A DNA stretch of 64,000 bases from a virus (IMGVR_UViG_3300049491_000383:72080-136079); one strand, 5' to 3'; counted from the first letter of the stretch, positions 1-9,330 are shown. A program made the numbers and translations. Notes: generated from the sequence alone by a model not told the origin.

Positions 1-913
1 TTGCATTCAGCAGTTCCAGCTTTGCTTTGATGCTGTTGATAGTCAGCGTGACGTAACTAAGTTGTTCTCTGGATGCAGCAAAGTCCAGATCGCCGATTCC
101 AAACTCCAAAACAAGGCCGCATTCGAGCAAGCTGGCAACACTACCAATGTTCTTGCTAGGATCCGGAATGTTGTTCAACGGATAGGCAATGTTGCCCATC
201 AGCGCCATGCTGGCGTCGTGGTTGTAACCGCTCTTGGTGCGATAATGCACACCAGGAACAATATCCTTTTCCACATATTCGATGTTGCGGTGGTTGAATG
301 ATTCCACACCAGTGATAATCGGCTTCTTGTCGAACCATGCAAATACGGTATGTGCTTCGTTACGGAAGGACTGATAATCGTTGCGATCGGTAACGCTGAA
401 CTTAACTTCGACTCCGTTACCTTCGGTGGTGTCCGAAACAGCCATTTCCGCGATAGACGGGACACCGGATTCGTTGATGAATGCACTATAAATGCGTTGC
501 TTGCCGTCCTTGATAGCAGTGACGGTAAAGTTTTCCGTGTAACTGAAGGGTGACTTGGAACCAAGGCCCAGGGCGCCAATAAACGCATTGGAGTCAGTCT
601 TGGTAGATTCAAAATAGGTGGTGTAAATGTTGACAACCTGATTGGCGTCAAGTCCCATACCAAAGTCCTTTACCGCAAACCACGGCTCAAGGATGGTGGG
701 AAGATGTACTTCAAAGGGAACATCAGCCTTACCTGCGCCAACGTGGCTGTCTACTGCATTGCAGGAAAGCTCACGAATAATAGCGCGGATTTTGTTGGAG
801 TAAAGTCCGTCCGAAAGGATCTTAAATGCCTTAGCGGAATTGCGGATCTTGAATTCACCGGTAGTGCCCACATTGGACAGAACTACCTCATTTACGTCAG
901 CTGCAAGCTTCAT
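1..913 (-). CDS. rIIA: rIIA-like protein with GHKL/Hsp90-type ATPase N-terminus; runs off the window edge
   Basis: Manual translation from ATG at 913: MKLAADVNEV...AFKILSDGLYSNKIRAIIRELSCNAVDSH...KDFGMGL...YTTYFESTKTDSNAFIGALGLGSKSPFSY, typical of T4 rIIA. Missing from the ORF track because it is truncated. Confidence 0.85.
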   Translation of the reverse strand, partial: MKLAADVNEVVLSNVGTTGEFKIRNSAKAFKILSDGLYSNKIRAIIRELSCNAVDSHVGAGKADVPFEVHLPTILEPWFAVKDFGMGLDANQVVNIYTTYFESTKTDSNAFIGALGLGSKSPFSYTENFTVTAIKDGKQRIYSAFINESGVPSIAEMAVSDTTEGNGVEVKFSVTDRNDYQSFRNEAHTVFAWFDKKPIITGVESFNHRNIEYVEKDIVPGVHYRTKSGYNHDASMALMGNIAYPLNNIPDPSKNIGSVASLLECGLVLEFGIGDLDFAASREQLSYVTLTINSIKAKLELLNA

Positions 914-948
914 TGTGTGTCATCTTTCTGTGTTAACAATGTCTCTCT

Positions 949-977
949 ATTATGTATGTGTTACAGATCTATGTCAA
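949..977 (-). promoter_or_regulatory. sigma70-type promoter upstream of rIIA
   Basis: TTGACA-17 nt-CATAAT on the minus strand. Confidence 0.65.
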
Positions 978-1039
978 CTGGATAAATAGTAGTCTATGCG
1001 GAAATAGTTCCACATATTAGAGTAAAGGAGAGGCCCATT

Positions 1040-1456
1040 ATGGGAAGACCTATTCAGAAAAAGTGGTTCGGTCCATCCGCTACAGCCGGTAACCAAATCG
1101 TCGTAAATGGTGTGCGTTGGGCAGACAACACAACATCAACAAGTGCCTACATTGTTAAGCAAACAGGTTTCAACGCCTATGTTGTAAGCAATGGTACAAA
1201 GAATGAAATCGTATTCATGGTAAATGCAAACGCAGTTGGAGCATTGCTTCCGGGCCAGTGTTTCATTACAGCAACACCGTTCGGTGGTGCAGCACTTCCA
1301 TGCTACAAGATTGCACAGTTCCGCGTTGATATCTTCAACGTAGCAAATGCAGTTCCACGTGAGACAGGAGCTCCAGTTCCTGATGGAACAACAAGCTATA
1401 GCTGGTCAACCCAGCCTGCTGTTGCACCTGGACAAGCAGATTTGAACTTGGCGTAA
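1040..1456 (+). CDS. hypothetical protein, probably a virion structural protein
   Basis: 138 aa, strong SD (AAGGAGAGG), GATAAATA late-type motif at 981 and its own terminator. Confidence 0.6.
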   Translation: MGRPIQKKWFGPSATAGNQIVVNGVRWADNTTSTSAYIVKQTGFNAYVVSNGTKNEIVFMVNANAVGALLPGQCFITATPFGGAALPCYKIAQFRVDIFNVANAVPRETGAPVPDGTTSYSWSTQPAVAPGQADLNLA

Positions 1457-1472
1457 TATCCACAGTCAAAAT

Positions 1473-1495
1473 AAAAGGGCCCTTGCGGCCCTTTT
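1473..1495. terminator. bidirectional rho-independent terminator
   Basis: AAAAGGGCC-loop-GGCCCTTTT between convergent genes. Confidence 0.75.
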
Positions 1496-1512
1496 CCTTT
1501 TGGAAGATTAAT

Positions 1513-1833
1513 CTACCGTTCTTTCATTACTTTACGAATAATGTATTCGTCGTTTGGACTGTATGTCTTCATCTTCTTTTCTAGACGATTCATAAAGTCA
1601 AAATCCGGAGCTATAAAATAATAGTCTCCGGATTCTTCTTTAGCTTTGCTCATGATTCCTGCTAGAACACAAATTAGATATTCTGCTTCATCTGTAAATG
1701 TAATTGTTGCTGTTGATGGTTGTCCATCAAATGACAATGATGAATTCTTAATGCCATGGCAACGCATCAACCAGCCGATGAGTTCTAGCTCTCTGGTCGG
1801 TACTTTGACTTTTCTTTCAAAAATTGTTTCCAT
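1513..1833 (-). CDS. hypothetical protein
   Basis: 106-aa ORF. Confidence 0.55.
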   Translation of the reverse strand: METIFERKVKVPTRELELIGWLMRCHGIKNSSLSFDGQPSTATITFTDEAEYLICVLAGIMSKAKEESGDYYFIAPDFDFMNRLEKKMKTYSPNDEYIIRKVMKER

Positions 1834-1841
1834 TGTAGTTT

Positions 1842-1916
1842 TGGTCCCGCTTGCAGGAATCGAACCTGCGTCTAAGGTTTAGGAAACCCCTATACTCTCC
1901 ACTGTACTAAAGCGAG
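1842..1916 (-). tRNA. tRNA-Arg(CCT)
   Basis: Cloverleaf, loop TT-CCT-AA, T-loop TTCGATT, 3' CCA. Confidence 0.9.
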
Positions 1917-1921
1917 TTATT

Positions 1922-2011
1922 TGGAGGAAGATAATGGAATCGAACCATCCCCTGTTCTTCACAAAGGGCCGAGTTTTCGAGGCTCGTTATCGCCCAGCGA
2001 TGCTATCTTCC
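1922..2011 (-). tRNA. tRNA-Ser(CGA), atypical (possible 8/4 fold)
   Basis: Acceptor GGAAGATA/TATCTTCC, D-stem ATCGC/GCGAT, loop CT-CGA-AA, long variable arm, CCA. Confidence 0.75.
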
Positions 2012-2131
2012 AGTTAACTATTTATCCCAATTCGAAGAGAATTTCCTGCAACAAGTGAAGCCATACAAATCCGTTGATTATCGCTAGTATAACTATCGCT
2101 GCAAGTAACGCAAACCATTCAAGACCCGACA

Positions 2132-2302
2132 TTATCTTCTCTCGTCGTAGTCATGGTCTCGATCGAACTGTTCTTCTCGGTCCCGCTGGTGTTTTCTTTC
2201 CGCAGGATCGTCTTTCTTAAATCTTCGAGGACCTCTTTTTGTATCCTCGTAATCGTCATCATCGTAATCGTAATCTTCGTCTGACGGTGATCTTCTTGGC
2301 AT
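2132..2302 (-). CDS. small, highly charged (D/E/R-rich) protein
   Basis: Manual ORF MPRRSPSDEDYDYDDDDYED..., 56 aa with SD. Confidence 0.5.
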   Translation of the reverse strand: MPRRSPSDEDYDYDDDDYEDTKRGPRRFKKDDPAERKHQRDREEQFDRDHDYDERR

Positions 2303-2311
2303 ATCCTCTAA

Positions 2312-2545
2312 TTAGTTTTTAGCTAATTCCTGTCTAAGTCCAGTAAATCCGCCAGGTACAAGTTGTCCATCTTTGAAAATTTGTGGAACAGAACGTACCT
2401 TGCTTCCAACCCTTTCTTCCAAACTTCTCATATTTGCAGTGTCGTCGATGTCGATATAATCGTATTCGATAGATTTCGATTCACAGAGTGAAACTGCCTG
2501 CTTACAAAAGGTGCACCATTCCGCACCATAAATCTCAATCTTCAT
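2312..2545 (-). CDS. glutaredoxin
   Basis: CTFC active site, SVPQIF and GGF motifs. Confidence 0.9.
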   Translation of the reverse strand: MKIEIYGAEWCTFCKQAVSLCESKSIEYDYIDIDDTANMRSLEERVGSKVRSVPQIFKDGQLVPGGFTGLRQELAKN

Positions 2546-2594
2546 AGTAATATCTCCTTGGAGTATTACTTATCTCATCATACGCCATGACAAA

Positions 2595-2623
2595 ACTATA
2601 CAGATATCGTTGTTGCTTGTCAA
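2595..2623 (-). promoter_or_regulatory. sigma70-type promoter
   Basis: TTGACA-17 nt-TATAGT. Confidence 0.6.
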
Positions 2624-2832
2624 TCAATGACAGACATGAACTCTAAAGTGCCATCCGGGTATTCAAAAATACCAATTGTCTCCACCTTTCTTCCCGGGAA
2701 TGGGTTTCTTGCTGGAAATTCCGCCACCTTCAAAACGATTACATTCTTGCGGTATGTTTCTGTAATTTTAATAATTGTGCCCTTAAAGCCGTTGAATGAG
2801 AGTCTTCCGCCCTCTCTGAAAAATGATGCCAT
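2620..2832 (-). CDS. hypothetical protein
   Basis: 70-aa ORF in operon. Confidence 0.5.
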   Translation of the reverse strand: MASFFREGGRLSFNGFKGTIIKITETYRKNVIVLKVAEFPARNPFPGRKVETIGIFEYPDGTLEFMSVID

Positions 2833-2833
2833 G

Positions 2834-3355
2834 TTATCTCGGATATAATGTTACTATGGGTGTCCACAATGTACGATTCTTCATCTCAGTTAAATCTTTG
2901 ATGTAGAGTGCCACTTCAGTTGGATCCATCTTAGTTGCGTTAATTTGTTGAACACGTGGAGTATCTATATACCCGGGCTTCACTAACATAACCTTACACG
3001 GTTGATATGCTTGCTGCAACTGGAGACAAGCATCTTGTAACGCTCTTTTCTGCACATTATATGGTCGTGCAAAATTTGGATTATAATCGGCTGCGTCAGA
3101 CCCGATATTTACTATTAACTTTTCTTTATCCTTCCACTGTTCCCATAATTCGTAAAGGAGTGTTGTCTGTTCCCAACCTAAATCAGCATTGTTGATGAAA
3201 ATATCACAATCCTGAATTGTCAGGAACATTCGTTGTCTATTAGCACGAAGACGTAGATCAAATCCATTAGTCCTTGAAAACCCAATTACATCTGTATACA
3301 GGTTGGATAACTCTTTTCCAATGCCACTTGTGTGGCCAGTTATTGCAATCCTCAT
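2834..3355 (-). CDS. short-chain dehydrogenase/reductase-like protein
   Basis: ITGHTSGIG, FINNA, YxxxK (YNVQK), PGYIDT. Confidence 0.85.
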   Translation of the reverse strand: MRIAITGHTSGIGKELSNLYTDVIGFSRTNGFDLRLRANRQRMFLTIQDCDIFINNADLGWEQTTLLYELWEQWKDKEKLIVNIGSDAADYNPNFARPYNVQKRALQDACLQLQQAYQPCKVMLVKPGYIDTPRVQQINATKMDPTEVALYIKDLTEMKNRTLWTPIVTLYPR

Positions 3356-3912
3356 ACTGGTTTCTTGAGTTCTAATAAGGAACTAAGATCGTCTAGAACT
3401 AAATGTATTCTACGATTCCTACTACCATTTACAAATGTATGTTTCTTTCGTGTATCCACAATATAAAGATTGCCATCACAGGGAATGTGATAGAAGGATG
3501 CATCTTTTGGAAACAAAAACAAACAATCGGGATTCGTATCTATCACATAATGATAGCGCATAGATAAATCACCGTGTATGGTATAGCACTTAGGACCATC
3601 CATGGTCATAATTCTAAATCGTCCAATATTAGGTATAGACTGATACATTTCAAATAAGGATGTCGATTTGAATGCTTCGTTGAAGATTGTAAAATCCCTT
3701 TCTTCAAACTTGAATTCTTTTGATTCGTAATCAAAAATAGACCCGGTACACTCTAGTACCTTTTCTTCCATCGATAGCTCAAGAGTCTTTGGAGAATGAG
3801 TTAACCCAATCTGCGGTAAATTAAACTCTTCGATAAGAGTTAATGTATCTTTCTTAATTCTTTCAAAGTCGAATTTATACTCGGGTAGTTTTGTTACTAT
3901 GCGAGGATTCAT
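3352..3912 (-). CDS. 2OG-Fe(II) oxygenase / Asp-Asn beta-hydroxylase-like protein
   Basis: HGD...H.FVN...RIHLV double-stranded beta-helix signature. Confidence 0.65.
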   Translation of the reverse strand: MNPRIVTKLPEYKFDFERIKKDTLTLIEEFNLPQIGLTHSPKTLELSMEEKVLECTGSIFDYESKEFKFEERDFTIFNEAFKSTSLFEMYQSIPNIGRFRIMTMDGPKCYTIHGDLSMRYHYVIDTNPDCLFLFPKDASFYHIPCDGNLYIVDTRKKHTFVNGSRNRRIHLVLDDLSSLLELKKPV

Positions 3913-3913
3913 C

Positions 3914-3988
3914 TGGTGCCCCTAGCAGGAATCGAACCTGCATCTAATATTTCGGAAATACTTATTCTATCCATTGAACTATAGGGAC
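3914..3988 (-). tRNA. tRNA-Arg(CCG)
   Basis: Cloverleaf, loop TT-CCG-AA, CCA. Confidence 0.9.
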
Positions 3989-4443
3989 GTTGTCTGCCTT
4001 GCGGATTCTAGATATATCTCATCATATTTCCTACGATAGGATCTAGTTCCTTTGCCCTTATTTCTCCCGGCAAATGTTGGAGTCTGTGAATGGCAGTTTG
4101 GACACAGGAGTGTTAAATTTTCTTCCTTACTGTTAAGTCCATTACCATCAATGTGTTCTAAGGTAAGTGATAATGGTAAGCCTCTCCAGTCGGAAATACC
4201 ACATCCAGTACATTTATTCTCAAATTTTTCTTCTATATATCGACGTATATGTCTACTTATTCCATAAATTACATCACCGGTAATCGATCCGGATTTCCAT
4301 TGCTCTATGAAAATCCTGTGTTCTTCATCCTTTTGACATTTCTTACTGCAATATAAATTTGCATTACCGTGCTTAAAGTAATTCTCTTCATTACAATACA
4401 AACATCTATATGTTTTCTTACTTCCCACTATTCCGGTTGGCAT
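3979..4443 (-). CDS. HNH homing endonuclease with N-terminal Zn finger
   Basis: CxxC/YCSxxC, LEHIDG...N..NL.LLCPNCH. Confidence 0.9.
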   Translation of the reverse strand: MPTGIVGSKKTYRCLYCNEENYFKHGNANLYCSKKCQKDEEHRIFIEQWKSGSITGDVIYGISRHIRRYIEEKFENKCTGCGISDWRGLPLSLTLEHIDGNGLNSKEENLTLLCPNCHSQTPTFAGRNKGKGTRSYRRKYDEIYLESARQTTSL

Positions 4444-4484
4444 AAGGTATTACTCCTACTACAAAGTAGTATTTATACCTTTAG

Positions 4485-4558
4485 TGGTGCTGGATGAGAG
4501 AATCGGACTCTCGTTCTTTCTTTACGAGGGAAATGTAATGCCACTATACTAATCCAGC
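4485..4558 (-). tRNA. tRNA-Thr(CGT)
   Basis: Loop CT-CGT-AA, variant T-loop TCCGATT, CCA. Confidence 0.85.
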
Positions 4559-4713
4559 TTATCTTCTTCGGTAACCTGTTCTACAAGTTGCTGCCACCAG
4601 TTCTCAATTGAACCGTATTTTAATTTCCATGCTGTGTGATCTTCCGAACCTTCAACCATATTTACCGATCGGTTGACAGACATGGCCCACTCGGGAATTT
4701 CTTCTTCTGGCAT

Positions 4714-4953
4714 TTATTTCTTACTTGCTGCTATCATTAATGCTGCAATTCTTGCTGCCTCATCTTCGGCATAAGTTCCGTTGCGCTTTTTCAATTCAAT
4801 TAATTGTTCCTTGACCCACAAAGGAAAGTGTGATCCGGATAAGTTATTTATATCCTCTTCGGAATAATTTTCTATGTTGTCGATTACTTCCTGCTGTGCA
4901 GGTTTCTTCTTCATTTTCTTGAAGAACTTGTCCGGATTATAGAAACTACGCAT
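4714..4953 (-). CDS. hypothetical protein
   Basis: 79-aa ORF. Confidence 0.5.
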   Translation of the reverse strand: MRSFYNPDKFFKKMKKKPAQQEVIDNIENYSEEDINNLSGSHFPLWVKEQLIELKKRNGTYAEDEAARIAALMIAASKK

Positions 4954-4979
4954 CTCTATATTTATGACATAAATATTGT

Positions 4980-5453
4980 ATGCTCTTCAAATATTTAAGT
5001 CTACCAAAAATCCCGGACGAATTACTTCTTCACAACGAAGAAGATTTTACCGAGATGGAAAACATCTTCAAAAATAAAGGTTCCAGATTCTATAAACAAC
5101 ACCTTGTTACCAATCCGGAACTAAAAAAATTCATTGAGGACATTTTTGGCTGTCCCTGTTTCTGCACTTATCAGGTAATCAAAAATGGCATACCAGTACA
5201 TAAAGATTCAGGAAGAACTGAATGTATCAATTACCTAATTACCACAGGTGGTCCCGATGCAGCACTGGACTTCTACAATAATAGATTCAAGGTAGAACAT
5301 TCAGAAAAATTACCTGCCCATGTATGGCATTGGCTTAATGTTTCCGGACTACACGGTGTGTCGGGCCTAACATCAACACGGATTTCAATATCTATCGAAT
5401 TACGCGGTGAAAGTAATGTACTTGCACAAACCAGTAACGATTCCATTCTCTAA
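4980..5453 (+). CDS. 2OG-Fe(II) oxygenase-like protein
   Basis: HKD...H.V...R signature. Confidence 0.6.
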   Translation: MLFKYLSLPKIPDELLLHNEEDFTEMENIFKNKGSRFYKQHLVTNPELKKFIEDIFGCPCFCTYQVIKNGIPVHKDSGRTECINYLITTGGPDAALDFYNNRFKVEHSEKLPAHVWHWLNVSGLHGVSGLTSTRISISIELRGESNVLAQTSNDSIL

Positions 5454-5976
5454 AATACTCATTGACTTAACGGAAGAATATCTTAAGGATATGAATTCTG
5501 AAATGCTCTATGTTAAGGTTATTCCATTACCTAATATAGTACGAGATGGGATTAATGAATACCTACGAAGTAAAAATGTAGGAGATATCTTATCAGCACT
5601 TGCATTCAAGAGAAAGAATGTAACTGCATCCTATGTCTACAGCCATATTGATTGGTCATCAAAATGGGGAATAATGAATTGTTCTGTTGTTATTCCCACC
5701 TCGGGCCTGGGTGGGCAAGTCTGGTATGACGGCGATTACGATTTCAAAGGTGAGCAGGTCGCGGGTGCAAACGGTCTTGTTGATTACGGGAAGATAACCT
5801 GGAATGGGGTTGGTAATCTTTTAGAATCAGCAGATATCGTTGATGGACCGGAACTTGTTAGGACCGATCTTCCACATAATGCGTATTGTGATGGAAACGG
5901 ATATCGCACAACCTGCACAATTCGTTTTCACGGAAACGAAGACTTTGATACCTTATATAGGAAACTTAGTACCTAA
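5407..5976 (+). CDS. 2OG-Fe(II) oxygenase-like protein
   Basis: HID...PHNA...R.TCTIRF. Confidence 0.55.
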   Translation: MKVMYLHKPVTIPFSKILIDLTEEYLKDMNSEMLYVKVIPLPNIVRDGINEYLRSKNVGDILSALAFKRKNVTASYVYSHIDWSSKWGIMNCSVVIPTSGLGGQVWYDGDYDFKGEQVAGANGLVDYGKITWNGVGNLLESADIVDGPELVRTDLPHNAYCDGNGYRTTCTIRFHGNEDFDTLYRKLST

Positions 5977-6442
5977 TCTTTGTTTCATCAAACTCAAAGT
6001 AATATACGTTTCCATACCCGTATGCATTACTCATGAATTTATTACCAATGCAATCTGTATCTTTGTAGAAATACATCTTACCTTCATACATAAAAATAAT
6101 CATTAGGTAATCTAATTGCTTGATTTGGACTATGCGCTTATAGTCTTCAAACTTCTTATCGACTGTAAAACACTGCTTACCCTTAAATGGATAGAGTGAT
6201 GATTTCACTTTTACATCAACTGCAAATCTACCTTTTGGAGAGCCGGGTTTATTGTAAACACAGAAATCCGGTTGTATAACCTTTCCTTCTGTGCCTATCA
6301 TACGAGGCCCATATCCGTCGCCGTGGACTTGGCTTCGCGTATCTTCAACCAGACCGAAGTTCTTTATCAGATATTCAAAAACTGCATCTTCACCGGCTAT
6401 GCCGATAGCAAGGCTTTCCTGAAATTTATCGTCCGTTGACAA
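5966..6442 (-). CDS. PD-(D/E)XK nuclease-like protein
   Basis: G..GE, PDF...DVKVK. Confidence 0.6.
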   Translation of the reverse strand: MSTDDKFQESLAIGIAGEDAVFEYLIKNFGLVEDTRSQVHGDGYGPRMIGTEGKVIQPDFCVYNKPGSPKGRFAVDVKVKSSLYPFKGKQCFTVDKKFEDYKRIVQIKQLDYLMIIFMYEGKMYFYKDTDCIGNKFMSNAYGYGNVYYFEFDETKIRY

Positions 6443-6908
6443 TTATTTCTCTCGCTTTCATAAGCACAACACCAAGAAGATTCTGTCCATCCCACTGTGT
6501 CGGATCAGTTGCACGTGGATCGTTCTGTGTCATACCAATTCCCCACACCTTGTCATAGGGACTGGCTTCAACAATGATAGAATCACCAGTATCAAGCATG
6601 CAATTCAAACTGTAGGTATCTTGTGTGAATTTTGAAACAAGTGCCGGGACCATGATTTCTTGGCACGCGGCCATCCAGACTTCTTGATCAAACCCACGAA
6701 CCTGACGACCGAGGAATTTCTGTTTGCGTGGATGAGCCTGTTCCATAATCATTTCAGCAACATCAATGTCTTTGAAGAGCATTGCCTTCTTGTACATCAT
6801 ATATTGTTCGGAACAATTGTATCTGTGTCCTTCGTGATCAAAGGACTGTGGATACCAGTTGGAGAATGGGCTGTCAGATTCCCAGAAGAATGTGAATTTT
6901 TGTGTCAT
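6426..6908 (-). CDS. NADAR family protein (YbiA-like)
   Basis: FSNWY, SEQYMM..KA..F.D, K.LGR, VEASPYD.VWGIG, G.NLLG..LM; likely start MTQKF at 6908. Confidence 0.92.
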   Translation of the reverse strand: MTQKFTFFWESDSPFSNWYPQSFDHEGHRYNCSEQYMMYKKAMLFKDIDVAEMIMEQAHPRKQKFLGRQVRGFDQEVWMAACQEIMVPALVSKFTQDTYSLNCMLDTGDSIIVEASPYDKVWGIGMTQNDPRATDPTQWDGQNLLGVVLMKAREIIVNGR

Positions 6909-7101
6909 AGTGCTGATGCAATAAACATGACAACTGAAATTACTGAAAGAACTGCGGTAGCAATTGCTCCCCAGATCATCATAAATCCCCAAACAGTTTC
7001 GTAGTTGCCGACTTTGTTAACCATGTATAGGCCGAAGAAGGCCACAACCAAGGCGATAACAATCAATATTGCTAATATCATGTGTGTCTTTCAAAGTGAA
7101 A

Positions 7102-7175
7102 TGGTCCCTCGTGAAGGAGTCGAACCCTCCGAACCTGGTTTAGAAGACCTGGTGCCAAAATCCGTTGGACGAGAG
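7102..7175 (-). tRNA. tRNA-Arg(TCT), atypical D-arm
   Basis: Loop CT-TCT-AA, T-arm and CCA; D-stem abuts the acceptor stem. Confidence 0.7.
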
Positions 7176-7182
7176 AAATGTA

Positions 7183-7257
7183 TGGTAGGACTTACAGGGT
7201 TCGAACCTGTGACCTTCACAATGTCAATGTGATATTCTACCGCTGAAATAAAGTCCT
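7183..7257 (-). tRNA. tRNA-Val(GAC)
   Basis: Cloverleaf, loop TT-GAC-AT, CCA. Confidence 0.9.
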
Positions 7258-7483
7258 ATATTCTATTTACCTGATACGTGTCTTTGATGTTGTTATGAAA
7301 GAAAAAGCCTTTCGACGGTGCTTTCAACCAACGCTCAAATATTGTACGACTAATACCAGGGATTGAATATGAAATGCCGTTTGACAATCTCATAGTCAAT
7401 ACCTTGTTGGGTCTATTATATGTTAGATCGGAAATCCAGGCCGACATCACCTGCTTTTCATTAATGACTTCCGATGCTCTCAT
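7256..7483 (-). CDS. KTSC domain protein
   Basis: SAWI..Y...L...Y....F...L.APSKG.FF...IK..Y. Confidence 0.75.
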   Translation of the reverse strand: MRASEVINEKQVMSAWISDLTYNRPNKVLTMRLSNGISYSIPGISRTIFERWLKAPSKGFFFHNNIKDTYQVNRI

Positions 7484-7943
7484 TTCTTAAATATTCAACA
7501 AACCTATAATTATAGTTTTCGTTGCTCCCTGCTAGTGTACTATTTATCTTCCACTTTGTCAAGTCGATGCCAGGGAAAAATACATCGGCTTCAAAGTCTT
7601 GGTCAATGTGTGTAATGACTAACTTAGTTGCCAAATCAATTGTCTGTCTATAAATCGATGCACCACCAATCACCACAAGCTCATTGTAACAATGCTCAAC
7701 AGACAATGCGGATTCAATATCTTTTGCAACTACCACACCCATCATTTCCTGATGTGTTACAACAATATTCTTACGTCCCGGGAGTGGTCTTCCAATGCTT
7801 ACAAAAGTATTGGAGCCCATAATAACTACCTTACCCATTGTGTAAGACTTAAAATGTTTCATATCCTCCGGAATTTTCCAAAGAAGCTGATTTTTGAGTC
7901 CTAACTCATTATTCCGCCCAATAGCGGCGATAAGGGTAATCAT
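7461..7943 (-). CDS. folA: dihydrofolate reductase
   Basis: LIAA, W.IPEDMKHFK, IMG..TF.SIGRPLPGRKNIV, VIGGA.IY, D.FFP. Confidence 0.95.
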   Translation of the reverse strand: MITLIAAIGRNNELGLKNQLLWKIPEDMKHFKSYTMGKVVIMGSNTFVSIGRPLPGRKNIVVTHQEMMGVVVAKDIESALSVEHCYNELVVIGGASIYRQTIDLATKLVITHIDQDFEADVFFPGIDLTKWKINSTLAGSNENYNYRFVEYLRNESIGSH

Positions 7944-8146
7944 AGCGGCCAGCGAACATCCTTGATGTCGTCGGACTTAAGATCCTTCAGAATCTGGCGT
8001 TTTACCGGACCTAAACTCTGAATTAGCTCACCGGGCTTTGCATGGTTGTTTGTCGAGCTCAATACGTGATGCATCATAGCACCCTCGGCTAATTTCTGCA
8101 TTACTTCCTTAGCTTGATTACGCTTTGTCTTCATTTGAATCCTCAA
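7940..8146 (-). CDS. hypothetical protein
   Basis: 68-aa ORF in operon. Confidence 0.45.
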   Translation of the reverse strand: MRIQMKTKRNQAKEVMQKLAEGAMMHHVLSSTNNHAKPGELIQSLGPVKRQILKDLKSDDIKDVRWPL

Positions 8147-8414
8147 CCATTTCCCTTAGCTCAGTAAGGTTTGCTCTAAGATGCTTTAGTTTTTCAACCA
8201 GAAGCTCTGTAATCTTAACTAATGCTTCCATGGGAGGATACATTTTACGAATAGTATCACATTCAAGTTGAATCATTCTCATAGCTGCACGATTTTGAAT
8301 TGGTGCAGCCATGATTGATGCATTCAAATATTCTGTGCGCCGCCTCTCGAACTCAGCAGGGTCGGTTTCGTAAAGCCTTGACCATTCATCAAAGTTGAAT
8401 TTATCCATAGACAT
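8118..8414 (-). CDS. DUF3135-like hypothetical protein
   Basis: FDEW..L...DP.EFE..R pattern. Confidence 0.5.
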   Translation of the reverse strand: MSMDKFNFDEWSRLYETDPAEFERRRTEYLNASIMAAPIQNRAAMRMIQLECDTIRKMYPPMEALVKITELLVEKLKHLRANLTELREMVEDSNEDKA

Positions 8415-8426
8415 AGTGTAATATAT

Positions 8427-8957
8427 TTAGCCTAGGAAGTCAATAATCTTACCGACTGCGTCTCTGCCAGTTTCGATAATATGATAAGGAACTCCTTGAC
8501 TATTTAACATATTCTTAACGTCAATATCAAGTTCCTTAGCTTCATCCTCTGTCTGGAAACGACCTTTAGGATTGTAGGGCTTATTACGTACTAGGAAAAT
8601 ATTCAAGTTGTCATATATGTTGTATGCTTCTCGAATAGCTGTGCGCAATGAAGGGATTGGAAAATCGTCGGGCATATAGATTAGCCCAAGGAATAAAGGA
8701 CAGTCGGTAACGATTACATCTACATCCTGAGCGCATCTACGCAGGCGGAAATGTTGCTTACCGAAAATATATTCCTGTGCTTGGAAAACTTTGGGGACAC
8801 CTAAATGGTTTGTTCCAAATTCCCATGCTTTATCTTTTGCGTACTCTTGAACGTATTCGCAGTTTACACCACGAAACTTTAGCTCAGCAAAAACCGCCGC
8901 AGCGGTTGTTGATTTGCCTGTACCCGGACCACCATACAGATTTATTACCTTAGTCAT
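8427..8957 (-). CDS. P-loop kinase/ATPase (NadR/AAA_28-like)
   Basis: GGPGTGKST, EYAKD, GRFQTEDEA. Confidence 0.8.
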   Translation of the reverse strand: MTKVINLYGGPGTGKSTTAAAVFAELKFRGVNCEYVQEYAKDKAWEFGTNHLGVPKVFQAQEYIFGKQHFRLRRCAQDVDVIVTDCPLFLGLIYMPDDFPIPSLRTAIREAYNIYDNLNIFLVRNKPYNPKGRFQTEDEAKELDIDVKNMLNSQGVPYHIIETGRDAVGKIIDFLG

Positions 8958-8973
8958 TACTGACCTTTCACAA

Positions 8974-9063
8974 TGGAGGAAGCAGTGAGATTCGAACTCA
9001 CGGACCCGATTAAGAGTCGCTAGTTTTCAAGACTAGAGCCATCAGCCGCTCGGCCATACTTCC
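8974..9063 (-). tRNA. tRNA-Ser(TGA)
   Basis: Type II cloverleaf, loop CT-TGA-AA. Confidence 0.92.
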
Positions 9064-9068
9064 ATTTT

Positions 9069-9167
9069 TGGTAGGAGAACTTGGAATCGAACCAAGGACG
9101 TGCCCCTATCTGGGGCCACGGAGTGCCGGTGTATAAGGCCGGTGTTTTACCACTAAACTATTCTCCC
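9069..9167 (-). tRNA. tRNA-Ile(TAT) with long variable arm
   Basis: Loop CT-TAT-AC, ~28-nt variable region with GCCC/GGGC hairpin, ACCA end. Confidence 0.8.
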
Positions 9168-9330
9168 GAATACTTTACTTCTTTGCTTTGAATGCTGCCC
9201 ACTTTGCTGCAATTGCATTCTGAACCATCTTTGCCCAGAACGGTTGTGGGAAGTTCCATCCAATAAATGCACCAAGTGCAATCCATACTAATGTCATGAT
9301 AAACTCCTAGCACAAAATTGTGCTTAGTAT

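Noticed and set aside
62-985. Short ORF-track calls in the first kilobase
   Set aside because: They overlap the true rIIA frame (minus strand from 913), which the track missed because it is truncated.
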